This document shows positions 11,673 to 25,650 of a stretch of 64,000 nt of DNA, one piece after another. The DNA is from Phyllobates terribilis. Taxonomy: Eukaryota. The DNA lies in contig NW_027362761.1 in assembly GCF_046119375.1 (NCBI RefSeq), positions 736,994,001 through 737,058,000 of the forward strand, written 5' to 3'. The stretch's first letter is position 1; each line of letters opens with the position of its first letter. Below the pieces are notes generated by a model. That model searched no databases. It saw nothing but the letters and a program-made list of their open reading frames with translations, and was not told the DNA's origin. The position numbers were made by a program, and so were the translations under genes.

Positions 11673-12069
11673 TATACAGGTGCATGTGCAGAGTATTTAA
11701 GATCTACCATTAGCAAAGTATTTAACAATTACAATAATACGAGCATATCATAATATCAAAACATGATATACAGTGCCTACAAGTAGTATTCAACCCCCTG
11801 CAGATTTAGCTGGTTTGATAAGATGCAAATAAGTTAGAGCCTTCAAACTGCAAACGAGAGTAGGCTTTATGAACAGAAGCATAAATCTTACAAACCAAAA
11901 AGTTATGTTGCTCAGTTGAATTTTATTAAATTTTAAACATAAAAGTGTGGGTCAATTATTATACAACCCCTATGTTTAATATTTTGTGGAATAACCCTTG
12001 TTTGCAATTACAGCTAATAATCGTCTTTTATAAGACCTGATCAGGCCGGCACAGGTCTGTGGAGTTATC

Positions 12070-14565
<2,496 letters not shown>

Positions 14566-16359
14566 TCATCTGGAACGGAGACCATTGCAGTGGAGTATGT
14601 TACTTATGGTATTGACTGAAACCAATGTCCCCATTGCCATGAGATATTCCCGGAGCTCCTTCCTTGTTGTCCTTGGGTTAGCCTTGACTCTTCGGACAAG
14701 CCTGGCCTCGGCACGGGAGGACACATTCAAAGGCTGTCCAGGCCGTGGAAGGCTAACAGTAGTTCCATAAGCCTTCCACTTACGGATGATGCTCCCAACA
14801 GTGGAGACAGGTAGGCCCAACTCCTTGGAAAGGGTTTTGTACCCCTTGCCAGCCTTGTGACCCTCCACGATCTTGTCTCTGATGACCTTGGAATGCTCCT
14901 TTGTCTTTCCCATGTTGACCATGTCTGAGTGCTGTTCACAAGTTTGGGGAGGGTCTTAAATAGTCAGAAAAGGCTGGCAAAAGAGATATTTAATCCACAC
15001 ATGTGAAGCTCATTATTCTTGGTGCCTGAACTACTTCTTAATACTTTAGGGGGACCAAACAGAATTCTTGTGGTTTGAGGGGTTGAATAATAAATGACAC
15101 TCTGAATTAACTTTTAACGTTTTTTAAAAAAATAAATAAATAAATTTGCTGCAGTGCATTTCCCACTTCCAGGCTGATCTACAGTACAAATGTCACAATG
15201 CCAAGTTAATTCCACATGTGTCAACCAGCTAAATCTGCAGGGGGTTGAATACTACTTGTAGGCACTGTACATACAGATTGTGTAAATACGCAGGAGTGAC
15301 AATAGTATAAAGTGCATATTAGTGGTACATACGACAATAGAATCATACAAGGATGAATAATATTTCAATTGATAATCAAAAATAGCTGTAGAAGATTATT
15401 ATATAACATGACTCACCCTATTCATATTAGCGCCGATATCGGCGTTCTATTATGCTGAATGCGCATGTCAGGAAGTAAAAAAACAAGGCAGAAAGAAAAA
15501 ACATCGTATCGCGCATGCGAGCTCACGCTCTGAAGTGTCCAGCGCCATCTTGGTATAGGAAAAGGTTTCTATTGAGGTTTTAAATGCCATCTTAATTAAG
15601 AGAAAAAGGTATCTAAGGCGTTTGCTTCGATTTACGCAATTAACGGCCCAATATGAAATATAAAACATATAAAACCAACCAGTGCTCCAGATATACAGTA
15701 CCTTCCACATGTTATATTAGAGTCCACTGACTCCTTCCTTACAAAAAAGTTACAGCGTCTGGGTGAGGAAGGTTTTTAACTGTTTTATAGACACATGCAC
15801 CTTGAAGTAGACTTTATTTAATCTGAAAACTAGTTTCCAAATGGAAATTGGCTATGGATTCACACCAGTTGGTACAGGAACATGCCCTACTAGCTTGGGC
15901 TGGTAACCTGTTAACCAAAGGAGCAGTGTGAGATATGCATCCTGTGAGGAACGCAATTCTCAACTTCAATTTCCAATTGGATAAGAAATCAATATTTTAG
16001 CCTTCATATATCAGATAATGTTCTCAGAAAGTTTGTTCACTTCGTGCATAATCTGTCCAAAGAAATGCTAAAAGGAGCCTTTTTGCTTATATAGAAAATC
16101 ATAGAAAAAAAGCATAGAATTGAGCAAAATATTTCTTATAAAGAAATAAAAAATGGAAAAAGGACATGCAACCATATAAATCTTTAACTCTTCATTAATG
16201 GGATGAGTCATGTATCTTAGGTAAATCCACAACAATTATGTAATCTGAAAAAGAATTAATACCTAATAGCAATACCACAAAAGGGAGAAAAATCCTATGT
16301 AGGAAATCATTGGAAAACAGCATTACTTATAAAATGACACTCAATTTGAAATCTACATT

Positions 16360-16795
16360 AACCATATGGTTTCAGTGTGTTTAATCTTCTTATCCATTGA
16401 AGCGCTTTAGTTTTAAGTAACTTGACTCTATCACCCCCTCTTCTCAAGGGGGAAACATGGTATATGATTTGAAATTTGCATTTTTTTTCAGAGTGTCCAC
16501 ATTTGGTACTCTGAGGAACAATTATGGATGTGATCAACCTTTTGCAGTGTCCACGTAATCTTTGGTTAGTAGGGGAAATGACATGGGACTTTAAGACAAG
16601 AATAAACCATCGTAAATATACATTATGTAAAAAGAGGTTGGATTTACTAGTGCCTAAACATTTTGTTGAATATGAACACTGAAAAAAATGTAACATTTCG
16701 AATCATTGACCATGTATCCCCCTTGAGAGGAGGGGATGATAGAGTCAAGTTACTTAAAATTAAAGAGCTTCAATGGATAAGAAGATTAATATATA
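16360..16795. mobile_element. Two head-to-head degenerate Penelope-type GIY-YIG C-terminal fragments
   Basis: Minus strand ...HVSPLRRGGDRVKLLKTKALQWIRRLNTLKPYG and plus strand ...HVSPLRGGDDRVKLLKIKELQWIRRL. Confidence 0.7.
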
Positions 16796-17003
16796 TACTA
16801 TATATACTGTACATGAGGATAGAAAATCATTTTGGCCGCAACTTAAGAAAAAACTGCAGGAAGGCGCGACCAATGGATGTTTATTGCAAAGACACTTCAT
16901 TTGATAATAACACTTTCCATGAGATTACTTTTTCAAATATATTCTTGATATGATTAGCATATGTTCGTGATCAACTTTAATACTGTTCTCTTTGTTTCAT
17001 CAG

Positions 17004-17175
17004 CAGCAAACATGCAGCAGAAGGCAAAATACAACTGGAAAGTGACGACAATGAGGCTGACCAGCCTATTTACACAAACACCCAGGGGATTTATTATAAC
17101 TACTCAGAACCTAGATTAATGAAAAGCAAGGGCAAAGAAGAAGAAGAAGATGTGTACATATTACCAGATCAGTAA
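17004..17175 (+). CDS. LRRC25: LRRC25-like last coding exon (not in the ORF track)
   Basis: Polypyrimidine tract plus CAG at 17001-17003. The phase-2 join reads SSKHAAEGKIQLESDDNEADQPIYTNTQGIYYNYSEPRLMKSKGKEEEEDVYILPDQ*, resembling the LRRC25 C-terminus as I recall it (QPVYCN...EEEYVIP). Stop TAA 17173-17175. Total 338 aa. Confidence 0.85.
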
Positions 17176-17188
17176 ATGAAAATCTCTC

Positions 17189-17584
17189 TTAAGGAGTTGT
17201 CCACTACTTTCACTACTTTTAAGATAAGGCATCAATGTATAATCGGTCGGGGTCCCGCATGCTGCACCCCCGCCGATCTGGTGATATCGGTGCCGGCGTC
17301 GCCGGCCGTAAGTCCTTACCTGCGGTTCTTGGCCATCAAGTTGTAGTGGCCGGTGCTTGTTGCTGCATATCTGCCTCCCATTCAGTTGAATAGGAGGCGG
17401 ATGTGCAGTACCCCGCGCTGGCCACTACAACTTGACGGCCAAGCACAGCAGGTAAGGACTTCCGGCCGGGACCGACATCGCCAGATCGGCGGAGGTGCCG
17501 GATCCGGGACCCCGACCAATCATACATTGATGCCCTATTCTACGGATAGGGCATCAATGTGAAAGTAGTGGACAACCTCTTTAA
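17189..17584. mobile_element. TTAA-flanked palindromic MITE (T2/Kolobok-like) just after the LRRC25 stop codon
   Basis: TIRs (A)GGAGTTGTCCACTACTTTCAC / GTGAAAGTAGTGGACAACCTCT with TTAA on both sides; the interior is self-complementary. Confidence 0.85.
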
Positions 17585-17663
17585 GAGCACGTACAATGGG
17601 TCAAGTATTATGTTAAGTCAATTATATACTTGTCTTGTTGTTTTGACATTTGTGACCTGTGCT

Positions 17664-17669
17664 AATAAA
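17664..17669 (+). promoter_or_regulatory. Candidate polyadenylation signal of the LRRC25-like gene
   Basis: First AATAAA downstream of the stop codon; another lies at 18087-18092. Confidence 0.4.
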
Positions 17670-17899
17670 TTACTATTCCTTCTGACATCACTATGAAGCT
17701 ACTATTAATTTTACACAATATGTATGCATTTGTAGCACAAAGTGCAAATTGTAGAACTAACATTCAGCTATTTCTTTGGTATTAAACATCAACTATGTCA
17801 TGCTTGTATAAAGTACAAAAAGGAAGTTTTTCCTGATGGGTTACTGACCGGTTACCATTTACAACTTATGCAACTATTATTTTAACATATTAAATTGCC

Positions 17900-18016
17900 T
17901 TAAAGGGATTTTCCAGGATGAAAAGAAAGGTCTGTGTGACTGCAGACTAATGAATTGTGCAAGTGCCAGTGACAATAGAGTGACTGCAGACTTTTAAATC
18001 TGGAAAACTCCTTTAA
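17900..18016. mobile_element. ~115-bp TTAA-flanked mini-MITE
   Basis: TTAA-AGGGATTTTCCAG ... CTGGAAAACTCCT-TTAA. Confidence 0.7.
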
Positions 18017-18068
18017 AATCATCAGAATGTGGACAATTCCAAAGGCAACACTGAACAGTTAACTTCCC

Positions 18069-18338
18069 ACTTAGTAATAGCAAACAAATAAAAGGAAGTT
18101 CAGCACATCCATCCGTTAGTAATATTTAAAAAATTGATTACTTTGGTCCATTTTAAAACAAATACAGGGGGCATTAAAATTTGATGATTAAGGGAGTTTT
18201 GCCGCCAGAAACGTATCCGATTTTAATGTTCCTGTATTTTTGTTTTTTAATGGACCAACAATAAAGTAACCAAATTTTTAAATATTACTAACAGATGGAC
18301 ATGCTGAACTTCCTTTTATTTGATTGTTAATGATGAGT
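18069..18338. repeat. AT-rich inverted repeat (~110-bp arms, ~40-nt loop)
   Basis: CAAATAAAAGGAAGTTCAGC...GTTAGTAATATTT pairs with AAATATTACTAAC...GCTGAACTTCCTTTTATTTG. Confidence 0.8.
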
Positions 18339-18930
18339 TTGCCAGTTGGATATGGCCCCCACCGTTTAGGACTATATGCAGCGGATTGCATCATTAGCAG
18401 TGTTGGTGAGCTTCTCCCTCTCCTTTTTTCCGTAACTTCCCACTTAATATTTATAGTTAGATATGTAGTAGAGACTGTATATAAGACAAAGTCTGTATAT
18501 ATTGTAAATAAGTCTCCTATGTCTTTTTTATTGTATCTTTACTAAAGCTACCAGTCAGGCAATTTATAGTGTCCAAACCATAGTCAGCAAGCCTGGCTGC
18601 ACAATAGCAGCTAGTTGTATATTTCTCGGAAATGCTCCAGGGTAACATAGTTAATATAGTTTGAAAATCCGACTGGCCATTTTTTCCCAGCACCGCTCTA
18701 GTTGATTAACAGGCCTTTCGCTTTGGTAGAGATCAGTCAATCCTCTGGAGCATCACTGGGAGAAGTCAGCCGGAAGCTGCATGGGACTAGTCTCATCTCT
18801 GGCTACGGTCCAAGGTCGGATCTTCAAACTATATACCTCGCTGTAATCATGCATCCACACTCTAATTCATGCTGCTTGTGTTTTTGAGAATCATGTGACA
18901 GGTTCCCTTTAAATTTATGATGGCATTGAT

Positions 18931-19170
18931 GACAGCATGGTGGCTCGGTTGTTAGCAATGATGCAGTGCTGAGATCCTGGGTTCAAATCCCACCAAGGAC
19001 AACATCTGCAAGGAGTTTGTATTTTCTCCCCATGTTTGAGTAGGTTTCGTCACACATTCAAAATACATACTGATAGGGAAAATAGATTGTGAGCCCCAAG
19101 GGGACAGTGCCAATAATGTCTGTAAAGCACTGTGGAATTAATGGTGCTATATAAGTGAGTAAAAAAAATA
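18931..19170 (+). mobile_element. tRNA-derived SINE (V-SINE-like) with an L2-type tail
   Basis: A-box TGGCTCGGTTG, B-box GGTTCAAATCC, V-domain-like GGAGTTTGTATTTTCTCCCCATGTTTG, tail GTAAAGCACTGTGG...GTGCTATATAA followed by an A-run. Confidence 0.75.
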
Positions 19171-19328
19171 AATCAATTTAGGAGTCCAGTAATTCAATAT
19201 AAAGCTCACCTAATATCTGTATGTGTCTATATGTAAGCAGCTCCAATCCAGAAAAAAGGCAATCAAACAAGATAGGACACTTTTTTTTAGTTATTGCATG
19301 TTATTCCCCCTTTATCATTATATAGTCA

Positions 19329-20515
19329 CTAGCTATTGAACCCATTCTACACCTGGGTGGTGAGCATTTTTATTGGTATATGGTCCCCCATTCTGGTACA
19401 TGCTTCCCCATCCTGGTATATGCTCCCCAATCCTGGTCCCCCATCCTGTTTTATGCTCCCCCATCCTGGTCCCCCATCCTGGTATATGCTCTCCCATCCT
19501 GGTATATGCCCTCCCATCCTGGTCCATACTCCCCCATCCTTGTCCATGCTCCCCCATCCTGGTATTTCCGCTCCCATCCTGGTCCCACATCCTGGTATTT
19601 GCGCCACCATCCGGGTATATGCACTCCCATCCTTATATATGCACCCCCATCCTTGTATATGCTCCCCCATTCTAGTATATGCTCCCCCATCCAGGTATAT
19701 GCTCCACCATCCTCCCCCATTCTGGTATTTGCTCCCCCATCCTGGTATTTGTGCCCCATCCAATAATTTGCTCCCACATCCTGGAAATTTGTGCCCCTAT
19801 CCGGGTCCCCCATCCTTGTATTTGTGCCTCCATCCTGTTATATGCTCCCCCATCCTGGTATTTGCACCCCCATCCTTGTACCCGATACTGGAATATGGTC
19901 CCCCACCCTGCTCCCCCATCCTGACATATGCTCCCCCATCCTGGTCCTCCATCCTGGTATATGCTCCCCCATCCATCCATAAATTAAATAAAAAAAAAAC
20001 ACTCCTACTCACCTTTCCATTGCTCCCCTGCAGCTCGTCGCCTGGGTTATTTTACTAAAATGGTGCCGGAAACAGCGCCTGCATAGCGCGATTTCCGGCG
20101 CCATTTGTGCAGTGTCGTCAACAAAATGGCGCCGGAGTGCGCGCATGTGCATTCCACACTGTCCTGCGCCATTTTGTTGAAGACACACTGCAAATGTGTC
20201 TTCACTAAAATGGAGCCGATATCACGCTATGCGTAGGCGCTGATTCATTACGCCACACTCCTTCCCCGGCCTCTGGCCTGAACAGAGGTGCCGCAGCCAC
20301 ACTCCTCCCGGGCAGGTATGTGCTTATGGCACCGGAGATCACGGTATGCGTTCAGTGCCTACATATTCCGCGATCTCCGACGCCACACTCCTCCACCCTT
20401 TTACCTGTAACGGGTGTATGTTTTCTTCTGTCTAGGGCCAGACTGGCAGGCGCATGTGCAGGCGCAGTCTATAGAGGCTTCAGACAGAAGGACACATCCC
20501 TGGTTATATTATAGA
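19329..20515 (-). mobile_element. Non-autonomous Helitron carrying a 19-bp minisatellite
   Basis: On the minus strand it starts TC (A|TCTATAATATAACC) and ends with hairpin CCCA-GGTGTAGAA-TGGG ... CTAG|T. Inserted between A and T with no TSD. Confidence 0.75.
19345..19975. repeat. 19-bp minisatellite (CCCCATCCTGGTATATGCT)n, roughly 30 degenerate copies
   Basis: Visible 19-nt periodicity; it explains the Pro-rich pseudo-ORFs in all frames. Confidence 0.9.
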
Positions 20516-21939
20516 TATAGCCATATATATAGCCATATAGCCAAGAGATCAAATAAGTTCAGCTTACAATATACTTTTTCATCAGACACTCACTAGGTTT
20601 CTACATTAGCTTCTTCTCATACCCGTGGGATAGGAGCAATCCCGGCCATTGTTTTAGTTGCACATAACAGATATGGTTTATATCAGGGAGATATCTTGAA
20701 AATGGTGCACAACTGGGGAATAGCTGTCACTGGCAGAGTTGCTAAATGTCAAGAAATTCCAGGACAGTCCATAAAAATAAGGCACTTTTTTGCTCTCTCT
20801 GCAAAAAATATTTAAGGCGTTCATGATATTTTTGAAGCTGAAGAAACTTATACAGTTTAATTTTATTGTAATTATCATCATTTTAAAGTTTACAGTGAAT
20901 GCAGCTTATGTCTTCATATCAGAATTATGGGTTGTAGACATGTATCACTGCTAATCACGACTTATTATGGTTTTCAATGTAAAAAATACTGTCTGTCCGT
21001 GATTTTTTTGGTTAGCTGTCCAGAAAAAATAAAAAGTCAAGTTGGCAACTTTGGTCCCTGGCGGTTGAATGCTGGCATCCTCTGTGTGCTCTCTACTTAA
21101 GTTCTGATAAGCCACAAGCTGCCTGTGACCTACAAATATGTATTGAGGCAAGAAGCCAATTAATCTATAACCAGCCATTGTTCTGAACTTGATCCGCATT
21201 TTGGGGATAGTTGAGATGAATGACAACTGGTGGGCCCCCCTTGTCTTGTGGGCAGGTAGCAGTAACACTCCCTCCCGCTGCAATCATTGCTCAACTGCTA
21301 GTGGCCAGGGTGAAGACTGGGATGTACAACCCTCAATTATATGCAAAGTCTTTTTAAGTCAGATTAAAAATATTAAAAATAAAAAAATGTATTTTTTTCA
21401 TAACATATTACTTTTAAGATGTGTGCAGAAGGTGAATGTATGAAATATATGCGGAAGGTAAAATGTATGTAGAAGGTAAAGCAGGAATCTCCTTTGGTTA
21501 TATGATAAAATACCTGACTTTTTAGGTGATAATTTGACTTGATTTTTTGTATGTAACCTAAATTCTGCACTGCAAAACTGATGTTTTGTGTTGTATACAA
21601 TCTAATGTTTTCAATAAAGCAAATAAAATAAGTATGTAAGTATGCATTTATGTATTTGTTAAAGATTAAAATAAAACAGACATAAGATAACCATCCAAAA
21701 TAGTGAGTTGCCCTCTTTCGTCAATCTGTCCAGCTGCATGCTAGAAACCAGATAAACTAAAATACAGTTAGTTATCATGAGGCTCATGGAGCTTCGTGGA
21801 AGTGTGTAGCCTGGTGAGACTATAGGTGTTGCCTTTGTCTCCAAATTTTAATTCCGGTTCGAGAATGGTGCAGTTATGGACATAGACACTGCATGGTTCA
21901 CTTGAAACATCATTAGCAGGCAGGCAAGTATACCAGTTA

Positions 21940-22423
21940 GGCTATGTTCACACATTGCGTTTTTTCAGCGTTTTTTTTCTGCAGAAAAATCTGACCTCGT
22001 GGCAGGAGGCTTGTTCAGGATTTTTCTTGTTTTTTTGCTTGGTTTTTGGTGCGTTTTTGGTGCATTTTTTTCACTGTCCTTTTGACTCTTTATGCATGTA
22101 CATAAAGTTCAGTGAAAAAAAAATCTCATTCTGGTTTGGCACAAAAAACGGTGAAAAACGCTGAAATACCTGACACCTGCATTTTTAGTACATTTTTTCA
22201 CCATCCATTACTTACAATGGGTGAAAAAATGCAGAAAAAACGCTGAAAGAAGTGACATGCTCTATTCTGCAAAAAAAAATGCAAAGCACAAAATACTGAT
22301 CAAAAAAATATCAAGCTGTGTACATGAGATTTCTGGAATCTCACAGACTTTGCTGGTACTGTAAAACACAGCTGAAAATGTGCATGAAAAATACATAAAA
22401 AAACGCAATATGTGAACATAACC
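21940..22423. mobile_element. PIF/Harbinger-like MITE
   Basis: TIRs GGCTATGTTCACA / TGTGAACATAACC with TTA/TAA flanks and a palindromic interior. Confidence 0.75.
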
Positions 22424-23033
22424 TAACAGTGTCTCAATTAGTCTTGGGCGGCAAAGTGATTTTTCCCACAACACAAATCACGTTGCCTAAAATCTCTGCA
22501 TGCCGCTACCATATCGCAGAGTATTAAATGGGTTCACACTCTGACCCACAAGCAGGGACTGGCTGGCAAATTTTAGCCTGGGGGGCAAGCACACAGCAGT
22601 GGCCCATGAGTAGCGGTCCATCCTTAACATGTTTATTTCCATTTCCATCATAAGCTATATTTACACGACTGTATTGTTTGTCTAAGTGCTGCCCGTGGAA
22701 AATACTGACAGCACTTAGACCAGTTCAGATGAGCTTTTGTAGTGGTCAGACATAGTACATATTATGCTCATGTATGACCATTTTTAAAGCGAATATACCT
22801 TTTTGAGGTGCAGTAAAGCAAGGTACGCTGTGCTACGCTCCAGAGTAAAGGAGGTCAAACATAAGCACAGGTCTGCTAGATAGATACCTATGAATTATTA
22901 TTTTGTGTATGTTTTCAAACATACTTGACCAAGCAAATCATCATTGTAAACTTCCACTCCACATTATAGTATATGATGTACCAGTCATTAATTATCCTGC
23001 GTGTACCATCTGATGTCTGATATATGTAAATCT

Positions 23034-23271
23034 CATGCCGGTTGCATGGATTTATATAGTGTGACCAAGTTGTCAAGCACTTTTCCAAGTGATGCTAAAA
23101 TCACTTGAAAACGCGCTTGATAACCCGCATGCAGAAATGCATGCAAAAACGCTTGACAAACGCTTCTACCTGGCAGGAAAAACGCATGTAAAATCTGCAT
23201 GCGTTTTTCCTGCCAGTGAGATGCAGAAAAGATATGCAGCATTTCTGCATTGTGGGTACTTAGACTTAGCA
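23034..23271 (-). mobile_element. Truncated MITE piece homologous to 59480-59720
   Basis: Reverse complement shares TTGTCAAGCACTTTCCAAG, TATATAAATCCATGCAACCGGCATG and other blocks. Confidence 0.7.
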
Positions 23272-23537
23272 TTCAGTGAATGTGGTAAAAAAAAAAAAAA
23301 AAAACAACTGTGGAATTGCATTTTTTTTGCAATCTCACCTCACTTGGAATTGTTTTCCCGTTTTCCAGTATACAATATGGTAAAACCAGTGATGGCGTTT
23401 AAAAGTACAACTCGTCCCACAAAAAATAAGCCCTCACATGGCCATATTGAATGAAAAATAAAAAAGTTCTGGCTCTGGGAAGAAGGCGAGCAAAAAATGA
23501 AAATGCAAAAACGGAAATTGATCTGGTTATGAAGGGG
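23272..23537 (+). mobile_element. Right end of a non-autonomous piggyBac-like element
   Basis: Ends ATGAAGGGG|TTAA (TTAA at 23538-23541). Confidence 0.6.
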
Positions 23538-23684
23538 TTAATATTGGAGGTATAGAACTTTAGATATTACATATTTTGTGTCGGTGCCGGACAGACTGCA
23601 GATTTCTGTTGAATTCTTTTAAAGCCAAGAACTAAATCTTTTTCACCGTGAGGGACTACTGAGGAATATGCCGAGTCCAAGTAA

Positions 23685-24406
23685 AAAAAATCTCCTGGAT
23701 CCGCACATTCCTCAAACAAGAATCTGCAAAAACAATTGTGCATGCCCTTATCATCTCCCGCCTCCACTACTGCAAGCTCCTGCTATGAATCTCCCTTCTA
23801 CCACTCTCACACCCCTCCAATCTATCCTAAACTGTGCTGGCCGACTAATCCATCTGTCATCCTGCTATTCCCTGGCTTCTCCCCTCTCTCAATCCCTGCG
23901 CTGGATCCCCGTTGCCCAGAGACTCCAGTTGGAAAGCCTAACTTTGGCATTCCGAGCTATCCAAATACGGTCTCCTCCATACATCTGTGACTTAGTCTCC
24001 CTGTACTTACCCGCGCGCAATCTCCCATCCTTAAAACATTTCCTTCTCTACTTCCTTCTTATCTCTTCGTGCCACATTCGCATACAAAATTTGTCCCGTG
24101 CATCTCCCCTACTGTGGAATTCTGTACCCCAACACATCAGACTGTCGCCTACTGTGGAAACCTTGAAAAGGAAGCTGAAGACCCACTTCTTATGACACGC
24201 GTACAATCTGCAGTAACCCTCGCTACGCCATACCACTGCACGACCAGCTGTACCCTCTCCTACTGTATCCTCACCTATCCCTTGTAGATTGTTTGTGCGC
24301 CCTCATGGGCAGGGTCCTCTCTCCTCTTGTACCAGTCAGTGACCTCTTTTAACATGTAAAGCGCCATAGAATAAATGGCGCTATAATAATAAATAATAAT
24401 AATTAT
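23685..24406 (+). mobile_element. L2-clade LINE 3' fragment
   Basis: Decayed ...RIRTFL..ESAKTIVHALIISRL.YC...LQSILNCAGRLIH...LRWIPVAQR...LWNSVPQHIR...LKRKLKTHFL. Tail GTAAAGCGCC...GGCGCTATAA followed by (TAA)n. Confidence 0.85.
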
Positions 24407-24627
24407 ACTACTTGTACTCTGGGTCAATGGATGGCACTTTCCTGGAGTCTGCCCCTAATTTGATGTGTTTTGGCAGCTTTTGGGCCTGTTTGAAGGTGTT
24501 GTGTATGCGTTTGGTTTTGCCCCCCATTGAATCCAATGGTGTTCGGCGAATATTCAACAAATCGGCAAATATTGCAAAATCGGTGATTGTAATACGAACC
24601 GAATATTGAAATATTCGCTCATCTCTA
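24407..24627. mobile_element. Terminal fragment of a hAT element
   Basis: Ends ...ATATTCGCTCATCTCTA (TIR TAGAGATGAGCG on the minus strand) with subterminal CGAAT/ATTCG repeats. Confidence 0.65.
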
Positions 24628-24629
24628 AT

Positions 24630-24936
24630 CATAATCACTCTTAAAAAAATTATGTGAGCATTGCATGATGGGCACCCTGGTTATATGATGATGAAGGATG
24701 AGGAGGAGGGCGACATAAAATAGAAGAAATACTGAAGCGTATACCCATGTCTGGGTGTGAAGGGTTGCATGGGAATAGATCCCCCCCCAGAAAAAAACAC
24801 TGGATTTGAGTTTATGTTCCGATGCTATCATCCAGTGGTGTTGAGAAGTCTGGCCCAATCCAGCCCTTGTTCATTTTGATAAGAGTAGAAAAAGAGCATT
24901 TTCAGTTGACAGGCGGATGCTCCTATCAGTTATAAT
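24630..24936 (-). pseudogene. Old hAT transposase C-terminal fragment
   Basis: Minus strand IITDRSIRLSTEN...IKMNKGWIGPDFSTP, matching the end of the hAT dimerization domain. Confidence 0.65.
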
Positions 24937-25229
24937 TAGTGATGAGCGAGCACTAAAATGCTCGGGTGCTCAAAGCTCGGGTCGAGCACATTGGAATACT
25001 CGGGTGCTCGACCCGAGCAACCAGCCCAATGTAAGTCTATGGGAAACTCGAGCATTTTTCTGGCGGTCCCCCCCGGCGGTCTGCAGAAGGTCAAAAATTG
25101 CCCAAATCGATGGGAACAGTGCTCAATTAAACGTCAGGCAGGCCGAATATATAGACAGACAGGCAGGCAGGGTATATAGGAGGGTGCATGAAAAACATAG
25201 CAAGGCACTTGGAACACACTAGTGCCCTC

Positions 25230-25650
25230 CGATTTTCATGCACCCTTCTCTTTAAAAAAGCCGTCCGGCAATTCAGCAGTGGCATACACCGGTACCCGAC
25301 AATTTAGAACAGAAAGAATAGAGCATCACACATAGATTAGATAGATAGAAACATGTCAGTCACATATATAATAAGAATAGTGACAGCGTTGGTTACTGTA
25401 CTTGTCATTTAGTGTTAAAATAAAGGATTTATTAAAAAAAAAATAATAGTATTTTCATGCACCCGTCTCTTTAAAAAAACCGGCCGGCAATTCATCTTCG
25501 GTACCCGACAATTTAGAACAGAAAGAATAGAGCATCACACGTAGATTTGATAGAAACATGTCAGTCACATATATAATAAGTACAGTGACAGTGTTGGTTA
25601 CTGTACTTGTCATTTAGTGTTAAAATAAAGGATTTATTTAAAAAAAAATG
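25230..25650. repeat. ~210-bp direct repeat x2 in the hAT A subterminal region
   Basis: GTACCCGACAATTTAGAACAGAAAGAATAGAGC at ~25292 and 25501. Confidence 0.85.

Noticed and set aside
18931-19000. tRNA gene
   Set aside because: A and B boxes are present but there is no complete cloverleaf, and the sequence continues into a V-domain and LINE tail, so it is a SINE head.
19336-20058. Pro-rich or Gly-rich proteins (240 aa and others)
   Set aside because: These ORFs occur in several frames on both strands of a 19-bp minisatellite.
20570-20640. Possible sixth hammerhead on the minus strand (GAAGAAG-CUA-AUG-UAG-AAAC-CUAGU)
   Set aside because: The CUGA part of the core, G12 and stems I/III cannot be formed convincingly.
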